Source: a virus (taxonomy: Duplodnaviria > Caudoviricetes). Taken from it: a DNA stretch of 64,000 bases. The translations under genes and the position numbers were made by a program. Shown here piece by piece: positions 47,032 through 56,392 of the stretch. Under the pieces are notes generated by a model. It did no database searches. It saw nothing but the letters and a program-made list of their open reading frames with translations, and was not told the DNA's origin. The stretch spans positions 1,223 to 65,222 of the IMG/VR virus record IMGVR_UViG_3300006115_001097. One strand, 5' to 3'. The number at the start of each line of letters is the position of its first letter. The first letter of the stretch is position 1.

Positions 47032-47389
47032 TCCTTTTCGAGATCAAGAAAAGTTCATGAGAGCCTGCGATCAAACTGTTGGTGTAGAAAATATAAAACA
47101 GTTTGGTATGTATGTTAATCTAATCAAAGAAGAACACGATGAGTTAACTGTTGCTATGAATAATAACGATCAAGTTGAAACACTAGATGCATTAATTGAT
47201 ATTCTGGTTGTTACTATTGGCGCTATTCATAGTGCAGGCTTTGATGCAGAAGGTGCTTGGCGAGAAGTTATGAGTACTAACTTTGCCAAGATTGGCGAAG
47301 ATGGCAAAGTGCGTAAGCGTGAAGATGGCAAAGTACTCAAGCCCCTAGGCTGGACTGCCCCCAACTTGGCACCATTTGTTAAAAGTTAA
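47024..47389 (+). CDS. MazG-like/all-alpha NTP pyrophosphohydrolase
   Basis: EE..EL...D.L.D..V, V..TN..K, DGKVLKP. Confidence 0.8.
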   Translation: MTNPFRDQEKFMRACDQTVGVENIKQFGMYVNLIKEEHDELTVAMNNNDQVETLDALIDILVVTIGAIHSAGFDAEGAWREVMSTNFAKIGEDGKVRKREDGKVLKPLGWTAPNLAPFVKS

Positions 47390-48633
47390 TGCCTAATCCA
47401 ATCTCCACTGATGGCTTGCCCGAGGTGCCCGCAAAGAATTTTTGTATTGCACCTTTTCAAAGTACAAGACAAAATGCATATGGACGTACTAGCCCTTGTG
47501 CGTTTGGGGCAGGTGAATGGAGATTGGAACAGTTAACTCCAATGGAGAGATGGCATAGTCCCCAACTTAATAAATTACGACAAGAATTTATTGATGGCAA
47601 AAGGCCCAAGGAATGTCATCGATGTTGGGATGAGGAAGACTCGGGTAAACTAAGCCTAAGGCAAAGACAGTATGAGTACTTTCCAAAAGATTACGCAGAA
47701 TTTATACAACCTGGTTTATGGATGCAAGGTCCAAAAACTGCTGTTTTTAAATCTAGTAATGTTTGTAATCTAGCATGTCGTAGTTGCGGGGGATGGGATA
47801 GTAATACCTTTACTGAAGAAGGAAAATACTATGCCAAAACTTATAATACTTTTGACGAAGGCAAAATACACAATAGATTTATTCCACTGCTACCGCCAAA
47901 GCATATAGACTTTACACAGTACAAAGACATCGCTCGAAATTTAGAAAAGATAGACTTTTTTGGTGGCGAACCTTTTTTAAATATCACACAACTGGATTTG
48001 TTGGAATTTTTATCTTCTAGTGGCTTAAGCAAAAACATTACACTATTTTACAGTACTAATTGCACCAACAAGCCTACTGCAAGATTAAAACGTGCTTGGA
48101 ATAATTTTAAACGAGTTGAAATATCAATGAGTATAGATGGATTAGGCACAGAGTTTGAATATTTGCGTTGGCCCGGAAAATGGCAAGAGGCAACCGAGGT
48201 AATGGATGAGATACTAGATTTAAAAAATCAACTTGACTGTGAGATGTACTATATGGCAGGCCTAACAGTTAGTGTACTCAACATTTACTCAATCGACACT
48301 ACATATAATTGGTTAAAAGAAAAGATTGGCGATGTTTACATTAATATGGTAAACTCTCCTAGCTATTTGTCTTTACATATCATGCCCGATAGTGTAAAAT
48401 TAGCAGTCAAGCAACACATTACCAATCAAGAAGCATTGGGTTATTTAGATATTAAAACTAGTAATCTACTAGATTGGAAACAATTTATAATTTGGACTAA
48501 GCGACAAGATTTGTATAGACAACAAAACTTTGCGACCGTATTCCCAGAATTTTTTAAACTAATTGAGAATGATTGGAATACTATAAGTGACTTATCTGAA
48601 GACAACTTTCATAGAATGGATTTTATAAAATGA
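47389..48633 (+). CDS. Radical SAM protein with an N-terminal SPASM/twitch-like domain
   Basis: CNLACRSC, FFGGEPF, YSTN, SIDG. Confidence 0.85.
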   Translation: MPNPISTDGLPEVPAKNFCIAPFQSTRQNAYGRTSPCAFGAGEWRLEQLTPMERWHSPQLNKLRQEFIDGKRPKECHRCWDEEDSGKLSLRQRQYEYFPKDYAEFIQPGLWMQGPKTAVFKSSNVCNLACRSCGGWDSNTFTEEGKYYAKTYNTFDEGKIHNRFIPLLPPKHIDFTQYKDIARNLEKIDFFGGEPFLNITQLDLLEFLSSSGLSKNITLFYSTNCTNKPTARLKRAWNNFKRVEISMSIDGLGTEFEYLRWPGKWQEATEVMDEILDLKNQLDCEMYYMAGLTVSVLNIYSIDTTYNWLKEKIGDVYINMVNSPSYLSLHIMPDSVKLAVKQHITNQEALGYLDIKTSNLLDWKQFIIWTKRQDLYRQQNFATVFPEFFKLIENDWNTISDLSEDNFHRMDFIK

Positions 48634-49808
48634 GAAAATTATGGTACATGGGCCTAGAGCCTTATAAAGCAAGATATACTCTACAACTGCAAGACTGGAA
48701 CGAAGCAGTATTCAAGCGCAGAGGAATCAACTATGAAATAGTCACAGGCGAAACTCTCAGCAATGACCAAGCTATTGTTACAGGACAGGTGTTGGATGCA
48801 CATGGACGTACCTACTTTGGTATGAGTCAGCTGATGAATTTAATTAAACGATTAAAGGCAGGAGAAATTACAAATGACGATGTTATCTACTTCGAAGACA
48901 TGTTCCAACCCGGGATCGAAAGTCTCCCTTACATTTTTGATCAAATTGATCCTGTTCACCGTCCTCGTGTTGCCGTTAGGTGTCTTGCTCAATCTATAGA
49001 TCCTGATGACTTTGTACACGTCTGGGGCATGTCTAAATGGATGGGACTGTATGAAAAAATGGTGGACTCGTTTGCAGACCTAGTATTGGCCAGTAACGAA
49101 GAAATGGTAATGCACATGAAGATTGCAGGCTGGGAAGCCCCCATATATAATATTAGTGGATTAGCATTTAGTCGAGATGAGGTACGTGCACGAGTGCCCG
49201 GTGACTTAAAGCCATTTAATCAACGCACTATGCGAGTAGGTTTTGCGGCTCGTTGGGACCAAGAAAAGCAACCAGACTTCTACATGGACCTGATAGAAGA
49301 ATGGCATCGTCAATATGGTGATAGTATTCCGGTAGAATTCTGTATCTTTAGTGGTGCCAAACTAAAAAGCAACAACGACAGTTACATGGCACGTACAAGA
49401 GACTTGCAACAACGTGGCTTACTGACCATATATGAAGATTTGGATAAAAATGATTACTATGCTTTACTCAATGATAGCCGCGTACTATTCAATTGTGCTT
49501 TACAAGACTGGGTCTCTAACACAGTATCAGAAGCTGACACTCTTGGTTGCAACGTTCTCTATCCTGCTTATCGTAGTTTTCCAGAAACTTTTGCTAATGA
49601 TGCAACTAGGTTATATATACCCTGGAGTATAGATGATGCAATGTCTAAACTAAAGAACTTGTTAAAGTGGAATCATAATACAGGAGATATTAGTAACTGG
49701 ACCGATGGTACCATTGATCGTGCCATTGATATCTTGGAAGGCAATGGTGAGCAATGGCGTCGTATGAGTACAGATTATCGTAAGCATACAAGAGAATCAA
49801 AATATTAA
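48630..49808 (+). CDS. GT-B glycosyltransferase
   Basis: FAARWDQEKQP, QDWVSNTVSEA, YPAYRSFPE. Confidence 0.75.
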   Translation: MRKLWYMGLEPYKARYTLQLQDWNEAVFKRRGINYEIVTGETLSNDQAIVTGQVLDAHGRTYFGMSQLMNLIKRLKAGEITNDDVIYFEDMFQPGIESLPYIFDQIDPVHRPRVAVRCLAQSIDPDDFVHVWGMSKWMGLYEKMVDSFADLVLASNEEMVMHMKIAGWEAPIYNISGLAFSRDEVRARVPGDLKPFNQRTMRVGFAARWDQEKQPDFYMDLIEEWHRQYGDSIPVEFCIFSGAKLKSNNDSYMARTRDLQQRGLLTIYEDLDKNDYYALLNDSRVLFNCALQDWVSNTVSEADTLGCNVLYPAYRSFPETFANDATRLYIPWSIDDAMSKLKNLLKWNHNTGDISNWTDGTIDRAIDILEGNGEQWRRMSTDYRKHTRESKY

Positions 49809-50803
49809 TGGCAGTGAAAGTACACATGCGGAAAATAGTAATAACCGGTGGGTGTGGCTATATCGGTAGCCACGTGGCTCGTGCCTTTAAACAAAATGGC
49901 GATACTGTGTTTGTTATTGATCGAGTTGGTCGAGCACATACTCTTACTGGCAAAAACGTTGACGGATACTTGATTGAAGACTTTGCCAGCGACCAAGCAC
50001 TGGCAATGATACACATGATCCAACCCGACTTAGTGGTGCATTGTGCCGGTACCAGTCTAGTAGCACCCAGCATGTCCAATCCTGCCGAGTACTATGATAA
50101 CAACATAGCCAAGACTATTCAATTGCTCAATGTTGTCAAAGATAATTCTAAACGGCCGGCTGTTATGTTTTCTAGTAGTGCCAGTGTGTACGGCGACCCC
50201 GGCTCGCTTCCGTTAGTAGAAGATGATCCCGTGAAGCCTATTAGTCCGTATGGTAATACAAAGGCCATGACGGAAATGATATTGCGTGACTATTGGGGTG
50301 CATATGCTTTACAGAGCATGTGTTTTAGATATTTCAATGCCGCAGGTGCCGAACCCGTTGGCTTTGACCTGGGCCAAGAGGCCGGAGCTAGTCATATCAT
50401 AGCTCGAGCACTGGAATCACTAATCAATCAGACTCAATTCACTCTAAACGGTGTTGACTACGATACCAGTGATGGAACTGCGGTGCGTGACTATGTGCAT
50501 GTGTGGGATATTGCACGGGCCCATGTTCTAGGAGCAAGTTTTTTGCTCGACGACTATCCGCAACTGGGCGCATATTGCTTTAATCTTTCCACCGGCCGTG
50601 GCACAAGTAATTTAGAAATTATTAATTACATCACTGCACGTTACGGCAAAATGGAAGAAATGGCCCAGGGTCCAAGACGACATGGCGATCCGGCACAATT
50701 GTATGCCGATGCCGGCAAAGCACGAAGGCAATTGCATTGGGAACCGCTTTACAGTGATATAGCAACAATCATAGACTCAGCCTACAAGTGGTATACCAAA
50801 TGA
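49808..50803 (+). CDS. galE: UDP-glucose 4-epimerase
   Basis: TGGCGYIGSH, FSSSA.VYG, YGNTK (YxxxK), RYFN.AGA, RDYVHV.D.A.AH. Confidence 0.92.
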   Translation: MAVKVHMRKIVITGGCGYIGSHVARAFKQNGDTVFVIDRVGRAHTLTGKNVDGYLIEDFASDQALAMIHMIQPDLVVHCAGTSLVAPSMSNPAEYYDNNIAKTIQLLNVVKDNSKRPAVMFSSSASVYGDPGSLPLVEDDPVKPISPYGNTKAMTEMILRDYWGAYALQSMCFRYFNAAGAEPVGFDLGQEAGASHIIARALESLINQTQFTLNGVDYDTSDGTAVRDYVHVWDIARAHVLGASFLLDDYPQLGAYCFNLSTGRGTSNLEIINYITARYGKMEEMAQGPRRHGDPAQLYADAGKARRQLHWEPLYSDIATIIDSAYKWYTK

Positions 50804-51156
50804 TTTTCCCTATAATTGAATTAGTTGATAGATATGCTATTGCAGAGTTAAAAGCCTTTAAGACTAACTCTGCCAATCAAGTAGAAGTTGATTTTTATCG
50901 AGAACAGTTAAAGCCCTACGATTTAGCTATAGTTGCAGATGAAATGAATGAATTGTATAACATACATTTGGAAATTTGGAATTTAGAAAGCGAACTCAAA
51001 TCTGGTATGGAAGCACAATTAGACCTTGCAGAAATTGGCAGGCGTGCAATACAAATAAGAGATTGGAATAACAAACGTGTTACTCTAAAAAATCTCATTG
51101 CTGATAAATTAGGGTGTACTGTACGAGAAATTAAACAGGATCATATAAGCGAATGA
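50800..51156 (+). CDS. Helical hypothetical protein
   Basis: EL.DR..I, IW.LE..L, N.KR..LKN. Confidence 0.7.
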   Translation: MIFPIIELVDRYAIAELKAFKTNSANQVEVDFYREQLKPYDLAIVADEMNELYNIHLEIWNLESELKSGMEAQLDLAEIGRRAIQIRDWNNKRVTLKNLIADKLGCTVREIKQDHISE

Positions 51157-51746
51157 GTTTTGAAACACTATTTAAATTTGAAGAAGCATTGGCCAAATAC
51201 ACAGGTGCACCCTATGTGGTTGTAACTGATGGATGTACCCATGCTCTAGAACTGTGTTTTAGACATGACCGAGTTGAGTTTTGTGCATTTACCCCTTATA
51301 CCTACTTGAGTATTCTTATGCTCATGAAACAGTTAAAAATTCAATATCAATTTGAAGATAAGGGCCCTTGGATTGGCGAGTATCGATTTAGAAAAACTAG
51401 AATTTGGGATAGTGCTAGATTACTACAACCCAAGATGTATCAAGTAGGGCAGGTACAATGCCTAAGTTTTGGTCACGGAAAGCCTTTACCGTTGGGCAAG
51501 GGCGGTGCTATATTAACGGATGATCCCGAATTGTATGCGTGGGCAAGTCGGGCACGTAGCGATGGCAGAGATTTGAAAATCGCTCCATGGGAACAACAAA
51601 CAGTATTTGAACAAGGATATCATTATTGTCCAACATTGGAATTATGCGAAACAGGATTGCAACAGTTGCCACTGGTAAATACAATGACACAACTCGTGAC
51701 TTATCCAGACTTACGCAAAATAAATTTAAAGGTTAACACAATATGA
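51153..51746 (+). CDS. Truncated DegT/DnrJ-type PLP aminotransferase
   Basis: FEEALAKYTGA...TDGCTHAL, LSFGHGKPL..GKGGAILTDD; only 197 aa. Confidence 0.7.
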   Translation: MSFETLFKFEEALAKYTGAPYVVVTDGCTHALELCFRHDRVEFCAFTPYTYLSILMLMKQLKIQYQFEDKGPWIGEYRFRKTRIWDSARLLQPKMYQVGQVQCLSFGHGKPLPLGKGGAILTDDPELYAWASRARSDGRDLKIAPWEQQTVFEQGYHYCPTLELCETGLQQLPLVNTMTQLVTYPDLRKINLKVNTI

Positions 51747-52828
51747 AAATTACCAAAGTTCCAGGGTTCGGCAAATATGGCCGCATTATCGATGATTTAG
51801 ATTTCTCTACCATGACTGACGAAGAGTGGATGGAAATTGGCAGAGGACATTTAAAAAATTTACTAACTATTATTAGAAATCCCAAAGGCTTAACTGGCGA
51901 TGTATATCTTAAACGCATCGAACAATTTGGTCCACAGATATATTCTGGACTAGGTGTAAGGCTAGCAAAAAAATATGGACATCCTGTTAACTATTATGAT
52001 TTAAAATCTCAAGAGGATTTAGATCGTGATGACAAACGAGCCATAGAAATAAGAAAGTATATGCTAGAAAAACTTGAAAGTGGTAGATACTTGCCAAGAG
52101 TCACTGGAGCCAAAGATGACCAAGGCAATATGTTGGGCACTTTTGATTCTGGTGATTTGGGGTGGCACAGCAATGAATCATCACAATTGAATTTTATACC
52201 CGAAGTATCTCTCTGGGGTAACTATAAAATGATAGGTAGTGCTACTGGATTTATGCAAACTGCCGATTACTATGAATCAGTGAGCAATAGTTTCCGTAGT
52301 GAGCTTGATGATATGATGGTTGTTCATGCTTATCGACCAGGTGGTTTATCTGCTGCTGAAATTGAAAGTGCTGATTTTAGTTCACTAATGCAACAAAGTT
52401 TTTGCCCAGTAGATGGTGCCGAAACTCCGTTAGTATTAACCAGCCCTGGCGGAATTAAAGGTTTGCACTATACTATTAATTCTGTTGCTAGTATTAAAGG
52501 CATGAGCCAAAAAGAAAGCAATGAAGTATTTAGACAATTGGACAGAGGATTGTTTACCGATGAGTATACGTACTACCACCATTACCAACACGATAATGAT
52601 TTGTGTATGTTTGATAACTCTATTACTTTACATTGTAGAGTAAAAGGTGACAAGGCTAGAAAAGCATATAGATTACAATATTTCCCTACTAATTTAATAG
52701 ATTCACCATGGTATCCTTATTCAGATCCAGAAATTTCAAACTTATTTGTTGAACAACTTACAGAAGTGGTTACTAACCTAAAAGTAACTAATTTTAAATT
52801 ACCAATTAAGCGTGACTTATCAATCTAA
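51743..52828 (+). CDS. TauD/TfdA-family Fe(II)/2OG dioxygenase-like protein
   Basis: LGWHSNES, ATGFMQT..YY, FDN..TLH.R. Confidence 0.7.
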   Translation: MKITKVPGFGKYGRIIDDLDFSTMTDEEWMEIGRGHLKNLLTIIRNPKGLTGDVYLKRIEQFGPQIYSGLGVRLAKKYGHPVNYYDLKSQEDLDRDDKRAIEIRKYMLEKLESGRYLPRVTGAKDDQGNMLGTFDSGDLGWHSNESSQLNFIPEVSLWGNYKMIGSATGFMQTADYYESVSNSFRSELDDMMVVHAYRPGGLSAAEIESADFSSLMQQSFCPVDGAETPLVLTSPGGIKGLHYTINSVASIKGMSQKESNEVFRQLDRGLFTDEYTYYHHYQHDNDLCMFDNSITLHCRVKGDKARKAYRLQYFPTNLIDSPWYPYSDPEISNLFVEQLTEVVTNLKVTNFKLPIKRDLSI

Positions 52829-52840
52829 ATAAAGTATAAT
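52812..52840 (+). promoter_or_regulatory. Sigma70-like promoter with nested CTAAATA upstream of folE
   Basis: GTGACT-17 bp-TATAAT. Confidence 0.6.
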
Positions 52841-52884
52841 ACAACAAAGTCATCCACGACAATAACTCGGAGAAAAACAAAACA

Positions 52885-53649
52885 ATGTACGATAAAGCAC
52901 AACAAGATTTTAAAGAAAAAGAACACATCATTAATCAAATTGACGAAGGCGGTTATAGCGAAGGCACAACACACGGTTATTTAGGTGCCGTAATGAGACG
53001 TAATGGTAAACGTTTTTGGGCCGGAGATAACATTAGTGATTATGTTCGAGAAGAGCATATTCCTCAACTAATTGATGAAGCAACCGAAGCATTTGAACGA
53101 GTATTGGACTGTTTGCTTATTGATAGAGAAACAGATCCCAATAGCAAAGGTACTGCAAGACGTCTTGCCAAAATGTATTTCAACGAAATTATGGAGGGAA
53201 GATATGTTCTAGGACCAGATGCAACCAGTTTCCCCAACGACAGTGAAGACAGATACGAAGGTATGTTGGTGGTACGTAGTGAGCTCCGCTCTATGTGCAG
53301 TCATCATCATCAGCCCGTTACTGGTGTCGCTTACATTGGCATCATCGCCGCACAAAAACTTATTGGTCTCTCTAAGTATACTCGTATTGCTCAGTGGTGT
53401 GCTCGTCGCGGCACTCTCCAGGAAGAGTTGTGCAATGATATTGCTCGGGAAATAGAACGTGCAACAGGTGCAACAAACTTGGGAGTTTACATCCAAGCAA
53501 CACATGGTTGTTGTGAGAACCGCGGTATTATGGCGCATTCGAGTCTAACACAAACCACAGTATTAAAAGGATCTTTTAAAGATGACCCAGGGGTTAAAAA
53601 AGAATTCTTTGACAACATCAAAATGCAACAGGAATTCGCTCCACGCTAA
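52885..53649 (+). CDS. folE: GTP cyclohydrolase I
   Basis: TARR.AKMY, SMCSHHHQP, GLSKY.R, QEE, H.CC..RG. Confidence 0.95.
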   Translation: MYDKAQQDFKEKEHIINQIDEGGYSEGTTHGYLGAVMRRNGKRFWAGDNISDYVREEHIPQLIDEATEAFERVLDCLLIDRETDPNSKGTARRLAKMYFNEIMEGRYVLGPDATSFPNDSEDRYEGMLVVRSELRSMCSHHHQPVTGVAYIGIIAAQKLIGLSKYTRIAQWCARRGTLQEELCNDIAREIERATGATNLGVYIQATHGCCENRGIMAHSSLTQTTVLKGSFKDDPGVKKEFFDNIKMQQEFAPR

Positions 53650-53650
53650 T

Positions 53651-53679
53651 TTGACACCAAATGACTAAAGTGTTATAAT
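53651..53679 (+). promoter_or_regulatory. Perfect-consensus sigma70 promoter
   Basis: TTGACA-17 bp-TATAAT. Confidence 0.88.
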
Positions 53680-53707
53680 TAAAGCATTAACAATTGCAGG
53701 AGCATCT

Positions 53708-54922
53708 GTGAAACGTGCTATTTTAATTCTGTATACTTTAGTATTAACTGCTTGTGGCGGGGACGGCGGGGGAGGCGGGGGCAGTACTGTAGTCACTACT
53801 ACACCTCCCGCAATTCCTAGTAACCCAACACCGCATTTGGTAATTTCAAATCTAGCCGGTAATGTAAAAAATATAGCAGTTGGCGATTTGAATGGTGACG
53901 GGCTCGATGATGTTGTAATTGGCGGATGGGGCGGCCCGGGCAATGTTGCCAACATTTATGTACTGATACAAAATGCTGATGGTACTTTGACTGATAGAAC
54001 CGCAACTGTATTGCCAGTAACAAACTATACCGGAAGTCAACGTATTTTTATACGTGATTTTGACAATGACGGGCGTAACGATATTTTTATTCCCGGTTTC
54101 AATGACGGATGTGCAAACGGATGTGCAGTACACAGCATGGTGTTTTGGAATCAACCGGGACAATTTTTGCAACAAATTCTTCCCGAACTAAACGACAGTC
54201 ACGGTGCTTGTGTAGACGACATCAATAACGATGGAAAACTGGATGTTCTGGTTCGCGGAGAACCCCAGAGTGGAACAGTGGGCGGTGTTTACCTCAACAA
54301 TGGTAATCGTAGTTTTACTCTCAACCAATCAATTGTTGGCGGTGCTACATGTAGCATCAATCACGAGACCAATGGCAACATCAGTATTGTTACTGGAAAT
54401 GGCAATACCATAAGCACATATGACAATAACCTAAATTTAGTTGCATCAGTCGCAATTGCAAGTCAAGATCCTGCTACCACAAATGACTTGATTGATAGCG
54501 TATCATTGGATGTCAATAACGACGGGCACAAAGATTTTGTATTGGTGTTTGACAACACCAGTGACAACACCAAAGGGCGTAAAGAAGTATGGCTCAATGA
54601 CGGGTCGGGGCATTACGCCTATTCTTACACCATTGATTCAGCCAACTACAACTATTATCATTACAATGTACTGAGTTACAACAACATGACTTTGGTTTAT
54701 TTTAGCGGGGCAAACTTACAAGCAACACTATATCAGCTGGCTGGGGGACAGTTTACTCCTTATAAACAAAGTGACTTTACTGCAATGGCAACACAAGTTG
54801 GGTATACTCCTGGATTCAATTGGAGTGTTGATGTTGGCGAGGTCTATCAAAACACCGGCACAGGTAAACTTTATATGTTACAATTAATCAATGGTGCTTT
54901 GTATACCGAGGAAATGCAATGA
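53708..54922 (+). CDS. FG-GAP/VCBS-repeat beta-propeller lipoprotein
   Basis: Lipobox LTAC, Gly/Thr/Pro linker, four DxNxDGxxD repeats. Confidence 0.8.
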   Translation: MKRAILILYTLVLTACGGDGGGGGGSTVVTTTPPAIPSNPTPHLVISNLAGNVKNIAVGDLNGDGLDDVVIGGWGGPGNVANIYVLIQNADGTLTDRTATVLPVTNYTGSQRIFIRDFDNDGRNDIFIPGFNDGCANGCAVHSMVFWNQPGQFLQQILPELNDSHGACVDDINNDGKLDVLVRGEPQSGTVGGVYLNNGNRSFTLNQSIVGGATCSINHETNGNISIVTGNGNTISTYDNNLNLVASVAIASQDPATTNDLIDSVSLDVNNDGHKDFVLVFDNTSDNTKGRKEVWLNDGSGHYAYSYTIDSANYNYYHYNVLSYNNMTLVYFSGANLQATLYQLAGGQFTPYKQSDFTAMATQVGYTPGFNWSVDVGEVYQNTGTGKLYMLQLINGALYTEEMQ

Positions 54923-55251
54923 TAGCATTACCCCCAGGATGTAAAGTAAGCCACAGTATTTGGATCGACGTAGATACCTTGACTGATGAAATGTGCGAAT
55001 GGTTTGACATGATTGGCGGCTCTGTGACCGAAAAGACTGAAGCCTTTAGTGGTAGATCTTATAACTTAAAGGTCATAAAACAAGTGCGATACGGACGAGC
55101 CAAACCCAGTTACTATAGACAAGACGGTACTGGTTATGTTAAAATAAACTTTAACGGCGATGATGCAAGTACTGCAAGTGTATTCATACTTAAATTTATG
55201 GATAACATCAAAGCCCACAACATGAAACAAGAATTTGAGTTAGTTAAATAA
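54919..55251 (+). CDS. Hypothetical protein
   Basis: 110-aa ORF coupled by ATGA. Confidence 0.7.
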   Translation: MIALPPGCKVSHSIWIDVDTLTDEMCEWFDMIGGSVTEKTEAFSGRSYNLKVIKQVRYGRAKPSYYRQDGTGYVKINFNGDDASTASVFILKFMDNIKAHNMKQEFELVK

Positions 55252-55256
55252 TTTAT

Positions 55257-55309
55257 AGCGGTCTCTGGCGTTCATCCCGCTTTACAAATTCTGCCGCCTA
55301 TGCTATAAT
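55257..55309 (+). promoter_or_regulatory. Candidate pseudoknot leader after the late promoter at 55245, overlapping a sigma70 promoter (55281-55309)
   Basis: AGCGG/CCGCT stem, loop GGCG pairing with CGCC; TTTACA-17 bp-TATAAT. Confidence 0.45.
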
Positions 55310-55327
55310 TAACATAGGAGAAACAGC

Positions 55328-55819
55328 ATGACAACTTATCGATTTACTAGTACAAAAGAATATCACGATGCATTTCCATGTGCATATAGACAATGGCGAG
55401 CCGACAGTCATTGTAATCTAATACATGGTTATTCATTTAGTATGAAGTTTTACTTTGGCACAAACAATTTGGATGTGCGTAACTGGGCCGCTGACTACGG
55501 TGGCTTAAAAGAACTTAAACGGACTTTGGAAGATCAATTTGATCATACTTTGTTAGTAGCACAGGATGATCCTGAACTTGAAACATATAAATTGTTGGAA
55601 AGTAAAAAGATGGCTAAACTGACTATCCTGCCACGTTTAGGATGTGAAGGATTAGCAGACATGCTTTATAAGTATGTTAATGGTGTTTATATTCCCGATA
55701 TGTGGGGACCGGGTGAAGCTGAACGTTTATGGTGCTTTAGAGTTGAAGTACGTGAAACACAAAGCAATATGGCTTATAGAGAAGGTCATAGAGAAGATGG
55801 AGAGGACTTGTTTGCATAA
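55328..55819 (+). CDS. queD: 6-carboxy-5,6,7,8-tetrahydropterin synthase
   Basis: HCNLIHGY (CxxxHG), DYGGLK.LK...FDH..L, EVRET. Confidence 0.9.
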   Translation: MTTYRFTSTKEYHDAFPCAYRQWRADSHCNLIHGYSFSMKFYFGTNNLDVRNWAADYGGLKELKRTLEDQFDHTLLVAQDDPELETYKLLESKKMAKLTILPRLGCEGLADMLYKYVNGVYIPDMWGPGEAERLWCFRVEVRETQSNMAYREGHREDGEDLFA

Positions 55820-56022
55820 TGGACACTATTACAATGTATCTAGCCATTGTGTTCTTTTGTCAAGGAACACAATGTGGAGTGATGTCAGTTGAAACGCCTT
55901 ATTCAGATCGAGCTGAATGTATGTCGGATGTAGCCAAGGCCGAAGAAAAGTTTCAACAAGATCCCAAGGTAACTATTGTTGAGGGAAGGTGTGCAAGTTT
56001 TAAAAATGGATTGAAATCATGA
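55819..56022 (+). CDS. Small Cys-containing hypothetical protein
   Basis: 67 aa, hydrophobic N-terminus, four Cys. Confidence 0.65.
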   Translation: MDTITMYLAIVFFCQGTQCGVMSVETPYSDRAECMSDVAKAEEKFQQDPKVTIVEGRCASFKNGLKS

Positions 56023-56051
56023 ATGATAATAGAGAGGATTTATTCGCATGA
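56019..56051 (+). CDS. 10-aa coupling micro-ORF MNDNREDLFA
   Basis: ATGA overlaps at both ends; echoes the QueD C-terminus EDLFA. Confidence 0.4.
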   Translation: MNDNREDLFA

Positions 56052-56392
56052 CACTAGTAGCAAAAATGAAAAATCATATCGAAAAGCGTGCCAAGGCAGA
56101 AATTACAACAGTTACCTTTGACAACGACCGAATCTTTGAGACCCTAGGCATATTGCAAGAAGAATGTGCTGAAGTTATTCAAAATGTCAGCAAGTGCAGA
56201 CGCTTTGGTTTAGAAAGTGTATACATGAATGGTACTGGTACCCAGCGAGAAAATCTTGAAAAAGAAGTTGGTGACGTATTAGCCATGGTAGATATACTCA
56301 TGGATCAAGGTGTGTTAAACGGTGCCGCATTAGATAAGGCTATAGAAAATAAAAAACAAAAACTTCGTAAGTGGAGTACAATATATGAGTAA
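56048..56392 (+). CDS. mazG: MazG-like nucleotide pyrophosphohydrolase
   Basis: ILQEECAEVIQ..SK, LEKEVGDVLAM. Confidence 0.8.
   Translation: MTLVAKMKNHIEKRAKAEITTVTFDNDRIFETLGILQEECAEVIQNVSKCRRFGLESVYMNGTGTQRENLEKEVGDVLAMVDILMDQGVLNGAALDKAIENKKQKLRKWSTIYE

Noticed and set aside
53755-53782. G-rich tract as a phase-variation site or G-quadruplex
   Set aside because: Runs are five G or fewer and are explained by the Gly codons of a lipoprotein linker
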